Part shown: one piece after another, positions 1-12,900 of the stretch
Numbering within the stretch: position 1 is the first letter of the stretch
How the letters are laid out: each line of letters begins with the position of its first letter
Source of the DNA: Lama glama
Taxonomy: Eukaryota
Assembly: GCA_028534125.1 (NCBI GenBank)
Contig: CM052818.1
Coordinates: forward strand, 46,254,001-46,318,000
DNA: 64,000 nucleotides
Direction: 5' to 3'
Position numbers and translations under genes: made by a program
Notes under the pieces: generated by a model
The model's input: only the letters and a program-made list of their open reading frames with translations
Database searches by the model: none
What the model was told of the DNA's origin: nothing

Positions 1-2078
1 TGGCCTTGCCGCAGGGACGGCCCACCTGAGAAGCTAGGCCCACTGACTACTTGATCAGAGCGGGGAACCCGTGCCTGCGGAAAGGACTGTGGAGGAGGAT
101 CCCGCAGGGAAACGACTGAGGCCAGCGGTCAGTCTGTTCCTCTCCTGGGCTCCCTGGTAAGCCCAAGATACCTACACCGGGTGAGGGCCAGGAGGACAGG
201 GCGGCCCGAGGGGCCTGGGAGACCCACACCTGAAACAGCATCTCGCTGCCTGCACCTGCATCTTGACTTCTGTTTCTCCAACCACCCAAAAGTTTAAACA
301 GCACAAAGGCGACATGTGTCCCGGCAGCCTGGGCAGTCGGTGGAGTCAGACAGAGCTAGACCTGACCCCACGCCCCCACCTTCTTGGGACGCTTGTCAGA
401 TCAGGGCTCTCCCGCCCTGCAACGTGTTCCCTGATGGCTCCCGTGTGGGTCTGACTGGCTTTCAGTTTTCTCTGTAACAACCCAAACCCCCAGAGCACTG
501 CCACAAAGCATCGCCACCACAGACACTCCAAGGGGAGAAACACCTTTTGAAAACACGCTGAGGATGAAACATGTGTAGGACAGGGATTCATTCTACCCAC
601 TGGAGGACACTGGGAAGAAGAAGAGATGAGAGCTTTTTTCAAAGATGACAACGGACTCTGGCAAATTGACAGCAGTGCCTCAAATCAGACTCAGTGAGCC
701 CTTCCGGGAATCAGAGGCTGGAGCCCTTTCTGCAGGTACTATGTATCAGGATTATGTACTGGCCACTGGAGCAAAGGACACTGATGGAACCTGGATAAAC
801 GTCCGCTTGCCAGAGCGCGCACCCGTCACCAGATTACACGGAGCCACCGTCCGTGTGTCTGGGGGATGTGGTAACTCCTGCTTGGTCGGCTGTTAGGCGA
901 GCTCACCACCAGCTGGTCCTCCATGCCTGGCCAGCTGTTGAAACGTGCAGGTTGGGGAACGCTTTGGAGTTTTTTACAAGCATGAAATAAATGCTGCTGC
1001 ACACATGGTCTCTAACGGGGGCCCCCACAAGGGATGCTGGAGTGACTGGGGCAGACGAAGGAGGGCTGGCACCCACCTCCACGCATGCAGAACCCAGCCA
1101 GGCTTGGTTCACTACATGCCATCAGCTCCCGGAGGGTCACCCACTACTTCTCATGGGTTACTGCTTCAGAAAATGGAAAGGCTTCAAGCCCTCTAAGTGT
1201 CCCCAGCCACTGGCTGACGTCAGAGTGCACCATTCTCTCCCTTTTACTGTAACTTTTTATTGCCATCTAAGGGCAGATAATCCCAGCCATGATCACATTT
1301 TAAACTGCGGGCAATTCTCCTCATTTCACACTGTCCTGAATGAGTGAAGGATCTGAGAGCGAGCTTCGGGGAGGAGGCAAAGAACAGTGGGCCTGATTAG
1401 ACTGAGTGGGGCCCGGGGCTGGGAAGAGGATACGGTCAATTTTTATTTTACAGATTCGTCTAGAATCTGTAGAACAGAACAAACCCAAACCCTCCCCACA
1501 CACCACACAGCTCAACATCCTCCCGCAGCTCGGAAACCACCGTGGGCCTCCGTCTCCCCACCTCGCAAGGCGGACACGGTAATCACTCCCGCACAGGTCT
1601 GCTGCGAGCACTTCACTGACAGTAAGCACCACCCACCCGCGGCAGTCCAGTCCAGCCCACAGCTGAAGGAGCAGCCATCTCCTGCTCCGGGAAGCTGAGG
1701 CAGATACAACGGCACCATCTTCCCAAAATGCGTGGTCTGGAGTTTTTCTCTATAAAAGAACTCTTGTGCCCTAATCCCTAGTGATGGCCTTTGAAAGGGA
1801 GCTGGCCCCTTCCTTCCCCGACTGTAGCCCTGCCACCTAGAACTGCCAAGACCAAACCCACGAGGAGGGCAGGGCCTTCCTCGGAGTCAAGTCCTAAACT
1901 GCAGAGACCGGCACGCAGACAATTTTGAGCGCGAAGGGAAAGCACACAGTCACCCAAAATAAAGGCATTCTCTTTGAGAACTGATTTTTCAAAATGCACT
2001 GTTTGAAATGGGGTTGATGCCCTAGAAGAGAGTTTAAAATAATCTCTCTGCGGGAGAGCGTCTGAGAAATAAACTCAC

Positions 2079-2166
2079 GTGAAATTAGGTCAAAACACTT
2101 CTTCTCCTCGGGGTTGGTCTTTACTTGGCAGGTTAACAGGTTGAGCTTGGCAGGAGGCCGGTTAGC
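2079..2166 (-). CDS. ASAP2: ASAP2 coding exon 12 (88 nt): ANRPPAKLNLLTCQVKTNPEEKKCFDLIS(H) (PH domain)
   Basis: ccaacag|GCT AAC CGG CCT ... ATT TCA C|gtgagt. Confidence 0.97.
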
Positions 2167-3724
2167 CTGTTGGAAGACAAAAAGCGGAGGTGGATCGGAA
2201 GGAATGGGAAATCACAGGATCATTTCTTGTTAAATACAGCAGGGACAGGTTTGCAAAGACAGCTTTCTGAAGGCAGATTTTATGTAGAAGGCAGGACAGA
2301 GGCACATCACAGGGTGTCCCCGGGGTCTCAGCTCCCAGGGGTCCCTGCATGAGACACCTGGGGGCCCACATGCCCACCCAGACGGGGGACAAGTGATGCC
2401 GGTCCCTGAGATCAAAATGCTCCCTGGCTACAGCTCTGAGACATGCTGTCCTGACCAGCTGGGAACACAGGCACCCAGTTCAGTTTCTGGTGATCTCAGA
2501 AATGTTTTCCTGAGTGTAAACACTCACCTTCAGGGAAACTAATCTCACAGCACAGAAATGACAGAAAAATTATTTTCCCTACTTTCTGAAATAATGACAA
2601 ATGATAAATTCATAAGCCTTAACGCCAACCATCCGTCAATTCAGTTTCAACGAACCCCACCTCATTCACACACACATCCCCCAGCTCCGCTGACCCTGCC
2701 TCCACACACAGTGGTAATAAGAGATCATGATATGTTTGTGTCAGAGACATGCCAAAAATGGCTATTTCATGACCATTTCAAAAACTATCACAACTAGTCC
2801 AAAAAAGCAAAGAGGGTAAGAAGATAATTTCAGGGAAAAAAAAATTCTGAATGGCAAAATGCCTCTCAGAAATCTTGGCGAAATCTTGAAATATGAATGG
2901 CTTGTCTTACCCACTCACCAAGTGGCTGGAGACCAAATAAAATGTCTGAGACTACAGTCACTCGTTTATCCCTTCCCGTGGCCACCAGCCACGTCAAGAA
3001 ATTATAAAAGCTTGGATTTAGGATTCATTGAGATACACGCAGATCTGCATTTAAAGACCCCTCTCTGCTGAGCTCACAGAGTCAGGGTGAGGGAGCGTGG
3101 CCTCCGTTGCAAAAGGACTGAGATCCTTGCAGTGTGAACAATTCGGGTTTGACAAAAGGAACTTGGGATAAACAGGGTTGTACTGGGCTCTCCTGGTTCA
3201 TGGCTGCGCTGACCCCATCGCTTACATGGAAACCACCAGGTATTCTCCACAGTCTGGAGATGCCTAACAGACTCCCCGGATAATCAGAAACCAGTATTCG
3301 AAGACTCCAAGCTCTGCCTGATCCCGCAGACCTTGACAATTCCAAGTGAAAGCACTGTCAGTCCAATATTGGATCTTCATCAATAAAATGAACAGGCTCG
3401 CCCAGGAACCATTACTCCAAACGATGTATTTCTACGGTAGGTATTTCTATGGTAGGAGCCCACGCCACAGATGCAACCGAGCACTGTACCAAGGTGTTCG
3501 TCCCATAAAAAGTACGTGTCTATTCGGTTACCTCTTGAGGTCACACAACTATGCAGGTGCCTTTGCTGGTGGCCGCTGAGACTCAAGACACCGGAGCAGT
3601 AGGAGGTGGTGCACTTTGGTAAACACAGAAACACTTTCACGGGACAAGAAGAGGGTTTTGAATAATTGCAGCCACCTTCCCCCCCGGATGCTGCTGCCGC
3701 CATCTCATTATGCACTTGCATGAG

Positions 3725-3920
3725 GCAGACACTGTTCTAACATGTTTAATGAATTAACTCATTTCATTCTCTTAACTGCATTCTGAGGTAGGAACTACTC
3801 CAAATTTATAGATAAAGAGACTGGCTGCAATAGGTTAAATAATTTGAGCTTATACAGCTTGGGGGCAGTGAAGCCAATATTTGAACAAGCCAGCCTGGCC
3901 CCAGGGCCCAAGCTCCTAAC
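3725..3920 (-). mobile_element. MIR SINE fragment
   Basis: Reverse-complement MIR core: aactcatttcattctc...tgaggtagg...tttatagataaagagactg...ggttaaataatttg. Boundaries approximate. Confidence 0.7.
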
Positions 3921-6900
3921 GGCCAGTCCCTTGGGCCCTCAGCATGGCCCTCAGAAAGCAACCCCCTCCTGGGTTATCTCTAAGCATCTTGTCCTGCAGC
4001 CAAGAGCCACACATCAGTGACTAGCACCCTCTCCCCGCCCCTCTCCGACTTGTGGTTCTCTCCCTGTGCTTCTGGGAAAGTTGTTCATTCTCACCGAGAC
4101 GCAACTACCGTCAAAGACGGATTTCTTACTTCACGGCGTATGCACTGCAGGATATGGAAAAACATTCAGGGCCTATGAGTGAAGTAGGAAGAATGAGAAA
4201 AGAATAACTGTGGCTACTGTTCAAAGATGACAAGCGTGAAAATGGTCCAGAGAACACAGAAGCTGACCATCTTAAGCGGCTCTAAGTCTCACATGAGTCA
4301 TTGTTTGCTACTGGCCTATTCAGATTAAGTATTAGCTGCCAGCAAAGCTGTAAGAAAAATTTACGGAAGAAAATTTTAAAATAGAGAACATTCTATCCAT
4401 TAAATTCCTTCCCTGCCACAGTTTGAGTTAAACGCTGTCATCATTTAAATTTAGCTACAGAACAGGTCTATCTAACTCATCGGGTACTGGTGTTCCTTGG
4501 GAGCCCGACTTGAGAATCCCCAGTTTGGAAGGATAGGAAACAGACCCGCCCCTCTGAGCATTTGCCTCGGAGGCGTGGACTGCCAGTGAAGCTCCCATCT
4601 CAGTCAAGCCATTCAGTTTCCCATCAGTGTGTCAGGCTTTTAAAAGGAAGTTTGTATTTTTCTTTCCGCATGATTGATGATCATTTAAAAATTTTTTTTC
4701 AGATTGTGTAAGAACCAACAGACATTTCTTCCAGCTTAACACGGTCCCCAGCCTTTGGCAGTGTGGCAAAGCTATGAATTTGGCAAAGAGGATCCCTAAT
4801 TAGAGTTATTTTGTCCCAAGAATCACTTCTTCCTGTGCCAGAAAACACAATTAGCCTTGGCTAACGGGGAATACCAACTCGGGCTTCCACTGAATTCACC
4901 CCAGATGTTACTGCTGTCCCTCTGCTAACAGAATCCAACACTCTCATGTCCTAGAGGCTGCCAGCTTCCCGGGAGGAAACCGGCTTTCCTAACAGTGCAA
5001 ACACACCCTGTGCTTCCACGACTGAAAGACCCAATTCTCAGCTGAGTTCTGCCCTTAGATCCCCATTTACTTGCTTGAGTCTTGGGAAAAAACTGCCTTT
5101 TTTTCCCCTGATGGTAGATTAGCGTACTCAGGGAGATGCTGGCTAAGCAGGCAAGCTACACAAGGAGCCAAATCAAAACAAAACCAAACAAAAGGGCATC
5201 TCTCACCCGTCCCCCTTGGTAGAGGCTCATTTACAGCACAGTGTGTGATGCTCCGGAGATGTAGGGGCACTGGGGTGTCGGATGCTGCCCCCAGCACACA
5301 GGACACTCAGGGGAAGGAGAGGGATGAGCTCCTCGCAGTGGAAAGGGAGCTGCCCCGGGAACCCAGCTGTTTCCCAGGGAAGGCAGAGGGACAGAGCCCC
5401 CACCAGCCCCTCCTCTGGGCTGAAGGCAATGGCCACTCCGGCCACTCCAGGCCCAGGGAGCTGGAGGGAGGAGGGGGCATCCAGAGAGTGGAGATTCACT
5501 CCCCACCACAACGCACTTCCTCAACACGCATGTGGTGCGACAAGCTGAGCCGTCAGTCTGCTGGGAAAGCTAGTTAGAACTGTACTATCTGCCAGCAACC
5601 GGGGCACCCCATCAACATTCAAACAAAAACCTAAGCCTCCATGTCTTTCGAGAGGCAGCTTGAGCAATGGAAGTGATGAGAACCAAAGTTCACGCCGTCA
5701 GCAAAGGATTACCAGGCCTGCTTTCGTTTCTGTGGTGGAGGGAGAGCCAGGCTGGCTTGAGCCAAGGTCCTTGGGTCTAGCGCAACACTTCAAGGAAGCA
5801 AATACATCAAATGACTTCACAGCTGTGAACAAGCATGAGATGAAACTCGGCCCGATTTCATGAATAAGAGACAGTAAACCTGAGTTAAACGACCAAGCAG
5901 AAAACAATTCAAAAGCAAATCACAGACTCACAAGTGTTTAGAGCAGGAAGGGGGCCTGGCTCTCATCCAGTCTGACATCCGTGACTTTAAAGAGGAGAGG
6001 TGGTAAGCAAGCTGGCTTCCCTTAGTCTACAGCACTCGCACCCAGGCACACACGCACACGGCTGCATGGAAAGAACATTACAGCAGGATCCAAACCACAC
6101 GGCCCTGGGAGGGACGTGGTGAGTGTAAAGAAGGCCAGTGAAGGCTGGATTTTGGAAAAGAGAAATGACCTTTATTTGCTCAGGCAGGAGATACATTCAA
6201 TCCCCAAGGTCAGACGGCCCCAGAGACGACACTGGTACCTGCTGGTCTTACTGTCTCTGTCTTCCTACACAGAGTCGGCAGAAATGAAGGGACATCCCCC
6301 TCCCCGCCCGTGGAACACGATCCATGCTGCAGTGCCATCCGTCCTAGGTGGGGTTTTACTCTGCGGCCTTACTCCTAAGTACCCAGAAGGGCCGTTCCTT
6401 TGGAACCACACTGAGCCATGACCTGTCCAGGGGCCCGAAAAGCTTGTCTGGGGGAACTGGTGGGCCCAGGGGAAGGAAGAAGCAGACTGAGGCTCACCCC
6501 CACTACCGCCGCCCACGGGGCTGAGGTCAGGGCCAGGCCTCCCGTCCAGGGCCCAGAAATGCAGGCCACCATCAATGCTGATTCAAACAGCAACCAACTC
6601 AGCCGTCAGACATTTTCGAAAATGTCTACCAGTCGACGTGGCTTTCACTGGATCCTGCCACGCCAGGCAAGGTGATAACATGCCTAGCACCTCTGTGGAA
6701 AAGGGCTGTGTTCGTAACTGTGGTTACAGTTCTTGGTCTAAGAAAGCCAGATTAGTAAGCCATTTTATTGATTGGTTTTTCAACTGGTGCAACGTTCAGG
6801 GCTCAGTCTCCTGCATGGGCAGTTATACATGGGGTTGTAGAAAAAGAACTTGGTTAAGGCCGGGTGCAGTATGTCTATAATAAAATTACTGCAATCTCTC

Positions 6901-7299
6901 TTCTCTTGGATGTCTGGGTCCCAGAGTCCTGACCACCTAAACTCTGTTCCCTTAATGGAAAAGCAGAAATTTTCCCAAGGGTGATGTTCAATTTCTGGAG
7001 ACAAAGAAAGCTGGGGAGCGGCTTGCTGCTTGTTTGCAGAAGTCACGGGCATCTAAATTCAGACCACCTGGCTCCTCGCATATTCCTGACTCTGCTCCTC
7101 AGTGAGCGACAGACAGCAAGGTGTCCCTGACCAGGAGAGCGCAAATGAGGGGCAGGTGCACCAAACCGGGGAGGAGCCCAAGCAAGCTTTCCTCAGCAGG
7201 GAACGTCTTTAAAAGGCATCCTTTGTGCCTCAGCACGCGCAGAGCCACGTGAGTCCCCTCGGGGCCCTGCCACCCGCCCCAGAAGAAGATTATACTTAC

Positions 7300-7369
7300 G
7301 GTGCCATGGGATATGGTCAGAAAACCATTTCTGACCGAGCATTTCCTCTTCTGCCACACTTTTCGGATC
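7300..7369 (-). CDS. ASAP2: ASAP2 coding exon 11 (70 nt): IRKVWQKRKCSVRNGFLTISHGT (PH domain)
   Basis: ctgtaag|G ATC CGA AAA GTG TGG ... GGC ACC|gtaagt. Confidence 0.97.
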
Positions 7370-7463
7370 CTTACAGATAAAAGGGGAAAAAAAGGAGAGT
7401 TCAGAAATTTTGGACACAGGCAATAACAAACACACTAAAATTCTAGCCGCGCCACCTACATAC

Positions 7464-7567
7464 CCATCACTTTTCTTGTAGAGGCTGCCATTCCGCTCGG
7501 TCCCGTGTTCCTTGTTTCCCTGAGGCTGGTGTAAACTGTAGGCTGTGCTCTGGCGAAGTTGTGAATC
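7464..7567 (-). CDS. ASAP2: ASAP2 coding exon 10 (104 nt): DSQLRQSTAYSLHQPQGNKEHGTERNGSLYKKSD(G)
   Basis: tttccag|GAT TCA CAA CTT ... AGT GAT GG|gtatgt. Linker plus start of the PH domain. Confidence 0.97.
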
Positions 7568-9004
7568 CTGGAAATGGTCAAGATGTTGTTTTTGATCCTG
7601 CCCAGATTCCAATTTTTTAAAAAGCAGTACACAAAGAACACTTTTCCGCTAAACTTTTTTTAAAGAGAAATCGCCCCTCTTACCACACCAATAAAGACTA
7701 AAACTCATATCCAGGAACTCATAAATGCCGTTTAAAAGGACAGAGGAGGAAATGGCAAAATCCAGTATCCCCAGACTGGCTGAAAGGACGAGCCATTTGG
7801 AAGTTATGAGATTTTACTTATTTATGAGCCTTCAGTCCCTGAGAGTGGCAAGAAGCCCCTGGCTTGGCAACAGCAGCCCACGAGGAGGAAGGAAACCCAT
7901 GTGGGAAAAGGCAGGGCTTTCAAGCGAAAGACACAAAACAATGTTCTGCCTCATGCTTCAGGCAAGTTACGTGCATTCCTTGCCTCAGTTTCCTCCTGAG
8001 CAAACAAGATCTAGTAAGGACAGCGAACGCAGGAAGGCGTGAGTGGGACCAGGTGTGTGAACACCTGCTACATAACAGGCATGAGCAATATTCACTTCCT
8101 GACCCCGGCAATCCCAGCAGAGGCGCCATGGCCTTGACCTCAGCTGCCTCAGCCTCGGGGCAGACAGTCCACTTGGCCAGCTGAGAATCTGGTCAAGTCC
8201 ACCACAACTGGGAAACCCCAGCCTCCAGCTTCTCGGGGGCAAAGACCATCAATGAATCCCCTGGACCTACGTCCAAGGTCTGGGATCCAAGACGTACTCC
8301 ACTGGTGTTTAACAGATGATCCCAGAAGTGCCAAAGCCAGAAATTCTGGCAAAGGTAACAAAGGGGAGCAAAATGTGAACAAAGAGTTCACAGGTCACCC
8401 AGGCAGGGCTAAGCGCTGCCTCTGTCTGTCCCTGAGAGCCCCCACCCAGTCCTTTCAACACAGAAGGAAGAGAAACAATGAAAATAAGTGATCTGCTCAA
8501 GGCAGACGTCTTGGAGCCGAGCGGAGGGTGGGAGGGAATTCTGCATCGCACTGATGTCCCTTCCACAGCACCACGTGCCCTCACCAGAGGACGCCCACGA
8601 ACCCAGGGCTGGCCTCAGCTCCAGCGTCAAGCAGCTGGCCATCCCATAGGGAACCAAGCACCGCCCAAGCAGTGGAAGAACCAACACACGACAGTCACCG
8701 TGGTCTGAGCCAAATATAAGGCTCGAGAAGTGAAGAGTCAAACAGACAAAACCATGGGAGAGTCTGCAAGAGGTGAGTTTTAAAGATGAAGGCAAGAACT
8801 GGCAGAGGAGAAGGGGAGGGACACACACAGAGGAGGGGGCGGAGGCCATGGCCGCCGTCCAGGGAAACAAGGACAAATGCAGCAGCTCAGACAAGGCGGG
8901 CCACTGGCTGCAGGGATGGGCAGGCTGGAGTCAGAGTCTAGACTCCATCTGAAAGCAGCAGCCGCCTGGACTCTTGGCAGCCTTAAGGAAAAGATTTCCG
9001 AAAC

Positions 9005-9655
9005 ATAAGTTTTTAATTTGGATGAAGTCCAATTTATCTACTCTTTTTTTGTCATCTGTACTTCAGGTGTCACATCTAAGAAATCATTGCTAATCCAAGA
9101 TCATGAAGATTTACATCTATGTTTTCTTCTAAGAGTTTTATAGTTTTAGCTTTTACACTTAGGTCTCTGATCCATTTTGAGTTAATCTTTGATCATGGTG
9201 TGAGGCAGGGGTTCCAAATTCACTCTTTTGCTTTGGTCAGCCAACTGACCCAGCATCATCTGTTGAAGTGATCATTCTTTACACTGAATTGTCTTAGTGC
9301 TTCCGTTGCAAATCAACTGGCCATAAACATGAGGGTTCATTTATGGACTCACTTTTACTTCACTGATCTGTATGTTCATCCTTACACTATGCCACTGCCA
9401 CACTGTCTTGATTATTACAGCACTGTGGTAAGTTTTGAATCATAAAGTGTGAGTCCTCTAACTTTGTTCTTCTTTTTCAAGATTGGTCTGGCTATTCTGG
9501 GTCCCTTGCATTTCCTTATGAATTCTGGAATCAGCTCATCAATTTCTGCAAAAATGCAGCTAGGATTCCGATAGGGTTAGCCCTGAATCTGTAGATCAGT
9601 TTGGGGAGTACTGTCATCCTAACAATATGAAGTCTTCCAATCTATGAACACGGGC
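9005..9655 (-). mobile_element. L1 (L1M-type) ORF2 3' region fragment
   Basis: Typical antisense L1 text: gatgaagtccaatttatc, tctaagagttttatagttttagc, tgatccattttgagttaat, ctgaatctgtagatcagtttgggga. Confidence 0.85.
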
Positions 9656-11739
9656 GATCTAGCACTGAATTTTTTAAACTCTAAAATGTATATGGGATAT
9701 CGTTGCAAATTTTTTTTTAAAAAAATCTTAATGTGCGAAATAAATGATGCGCTCGAGCATTCCATTACTGAACTGACAACAGAGCCCGAACAAGCAGACC
9801 CCAAATAGGAGCAACGTCCTTATTTTCCACAGGGAGTTCACGCAACACTCAAGCCTCTGGACAACGAGGGAGAGCAGCTCACTCCCCGGGGGAGGATGCT
9901 CCCAGGTTCCCCATTCTCTCCAAAGGGCAGCTCATACTAGCACCAGAAATGTGGAGCAAACCCAGCTTTAAACAGCAACGGAAATGAATGCAGTGGAGGA
10001 GAAACGGAGAAATGCTGTTCACCTGCATGAATCTCCGTGAAAGGCTAAAAATAAACCTGTCAAAAGACTAAATTACACAACCAAGGGATACGTCTATTGA
10101 TTTGCAAAGGGAAAAAACTGCACAAAACGGGTCGTGAAGTCATGTGGCAACACCGCTAAAAGTGTTCATGCCAAGCATGTTAATCAAAACTCTTCACGGG
10201 TCTTATAAACAGGATAAAGGACACTCTTCTTTCCAACAGAATCAGATCCTATGCCAGAGGCTACGGAAGAAATTACTGCTTCGTTCTTCAGACAAGGCAT
10301 TTCTTGAATTAAAAAATGCAAGGAAACCTGAAACTATAAATTTTAAACTTTGTAAGGAAGGGGAATATAATCTATGTAACATAAGATTGAATCTGCTTTA
10401 GAACTAATTATTTCAACATCTTCTAGGTGACTTCTAGGTGACCTAACAAAAACAGGCTTTCTTCACCTGTTTCATGTAACACCTGATCCAGGGAAGGGGT
10501 GAAAAATGAAGTTGGCTCTTTCACATAATCAAGATTTCAATTTAATGGAATATAATTCAAGAAAAAAGAGCCTTTCTTTCTGGGGAGAATCATCATCATC
10601 TAATACACACAGGCAACTAGCGGGGGGTCCATGACGCCCGGATTCTTGGAGACTCTGCAACGTACTCTGCGCTCCCCTGGAAGAGCCAAGGATGCCCCAA
10701 GACTTGACTGCGTGCGCCTCGCCACGTGCAGACTCTGTATGTCTGAAGCACGTAGGTTAAGTGGACATTCTATGGACCTGCAGAAAGCTCTCATAAAATC
10801 CTACAGACATCCACATATCCTCTGTCCAATGACATCCAGACAAGTTCTCAGATCCTATGGATATAGGTTTACCCATAACATCAGACATATTCCCAAGCCC
10901 CCGAGCCCCCAGAGCATCGCAGACACTTTAACGTTTTCTATCCATGTCTCAGGAAGTCTGTGCTCAGTTACTGTGATGAATGGGTTACCGAGGACTCACC
11001 TCTGGACGCTTAAAGTTTCTCTGCCCAGGGAGGGCTGTGATGGCCTGTCACTCCCCACCTTCCCAAGCTGTGACAGGTATGTCCACGGGAGCTGGAGTCT
11101 GTGCTAAGCAAGCTCTAAGCAGTGGTCTAAGAACAGTGTTTCCAAATCTCATTACCACCTATTCTTCATTATTTCTGGGCAACTGTTCAAAAGATTCTAC
11201 CTGACACAAGATATTACAGTCACACGATAGAGCCTGAAGAGAACAGTCCTGCCAGGAGCAGACCAGAGCTCAGGCCTGGCCCCAGCACTCCTGAGTGGGC
11301 CCCCGCAAGTGCACTCATCCTCTCTCAGACTCCAGTCGTAAACGAGGGCCACCACCACCTGCCCCGCCACGCCGCTGTGAGGATCACCGGTCACGCTCAT
11401 AAAGTGCCTGGGAACACCTGAGGGGTCCAGCACGCAGGAAACGCCAGACCACAGAGAGCAGGTCCCCGACAAGGAGGGAGAGGACAGCTGGGGTGCTGAC
11501 CAGGCATGGAAACCGGGACGTGCGTGTCGTGGGAGACCTGTGTCATGAAGACAAGGTGCCAGATGACAAGCCAGCAGAGGAGGGTCAAGTGGAACCCCTT
11601 GAGAAACACCCCCCCATTACTGTTCAACGACCAAGAGGCAGGGAACTGGGCCCTCTCTGTTCACTGCTGTATCGTCAGCATCTGGGAGTCAGTATTTGTT
11701 AAATGAATGAATGAATCAGTGTCAGTTTATTAAGTCAAC

Positions 11740-11850
11740 GTGTTAACTGCTTTACAGAACGTATCCTTTAGATCTCGTAACAACTCTCTGAAGTAGGCAA
11801 TGTCGCTCCTACTTTACAGATGAAGAGGCCAAGGCATGGAGAAGTCAGAG
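11740..11850 (-). mobile_element. MIR fragment, preceded by an L2 3' end (ttgttaaatgaatgaatgaa, about 11697-11716)
   Basis: aacaactctctgaagtagg...actttacagatgaagaggccaaggc resembles the MIR core. Confidence 0.55.
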
Positions 11851-12814
11851 TTCAATTTCATTCTGGCAGGAAGCGGAAGACCTAGGAATCAAATGGTAAG
11901 ACACCTGCTCTTCCGCTCAGCTAGACAGTGAGCTACCCAGGCACACTTCCTGCCCCAGTCAGGAGCTGGCCTGCCTGTCCCCACCCGCTGGGACTCTACT
12001 AACTCTGAATCATGCCCCAAACCCTCCTTCCTGACACACACCTGCCTACCCCAAGCCGGAGTGACACCCGTTCTTGGAGCTGACCTCAGAGCTCTCTCCA
12101 CACTGGACTGCCCTCACTTCTCCTTCAAGACCGGGAGCCTTTAGGAGGTAAGAACCGTATCTGCCTTGTTCTGGTGTGTCTGTGCAATGCCTGGCTGAGA
12201 GTGACCGCTGAGAACATGGCAGTCGAATGTGTGAATCCACAAACAAGTCTTCCACCCAAGCAGAACTGAAGGCCACTCCTAGGCTACCCAGGGCTTGACA
12301 GGAGAGGCAGGGAGGCGGACACCTGGCCCTAGGGTAGTGACTAAGGCCAGATTTGGACATGATAGGACATGCCAGTCCAGACCGGAAAAGCAGAGCGAGG
12401 AGAAAATTACGGCTGTGATGGTGCTCCACTGCCTGAACAGCACCTCTATTCCACCACATCCCACTGGACAAGGACGCTTTCAGAGGGGGAAGCAAAGCTC
12501 ACAGGAAGAGAGACCACACCTGAGATCTCCAAAGTGGAAACACCATTGCGGTTCCAGCACTTACACCTATCAAGGCCACCCCCCAGAGCCTCAATCCTCC
12601 CCGCAGCAGCACAAGTCTGGGCTCCCAACATCAAACAGCAGAGGGTCCTCCGGCACCACAGGGGGACCTGTCCCGGCAGAACCCCACTGAGGTGGACGCT
12701 CGTGGGATGCGGAAGGCGGGAGGAGGGAAGGATCGCAGGGAGAGGGTTCACGCAAGATGAGCAGTACTGAAGGTTCTGACTTGCTAGAAGGAAGGGATCT
12801 TTTCCAAATGTTAA

Positions 12815-12900
12815 AACCATGATGGATATAGAGGTGTTCACTGTACAATTTTTCAACTTTTTTTGTAAGTCTGAAACGTCACAAAATAAAATAATAGAAA
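12815..12900 (+). mobile_element. Old L1 (L1MD/L1ME-like) 3' end
   Basis: gttcactgtacaatttttcaacttttttgtaagtctgaaa...aaaataaaat. Confidence 0.55.

Noticed and set aside
1..2078. Search for ASAP2 exon 13 (expected DRTYHFQAEDE...)
   Set aside because: Not found here; it presumably lies beyond the left edge of the window.
3426..3455. 15-bp tandem duplication (also an 11-bp doublet at 10420-10441)
   Set aside because: Ordinary slippage micro-duplications with no evident function.
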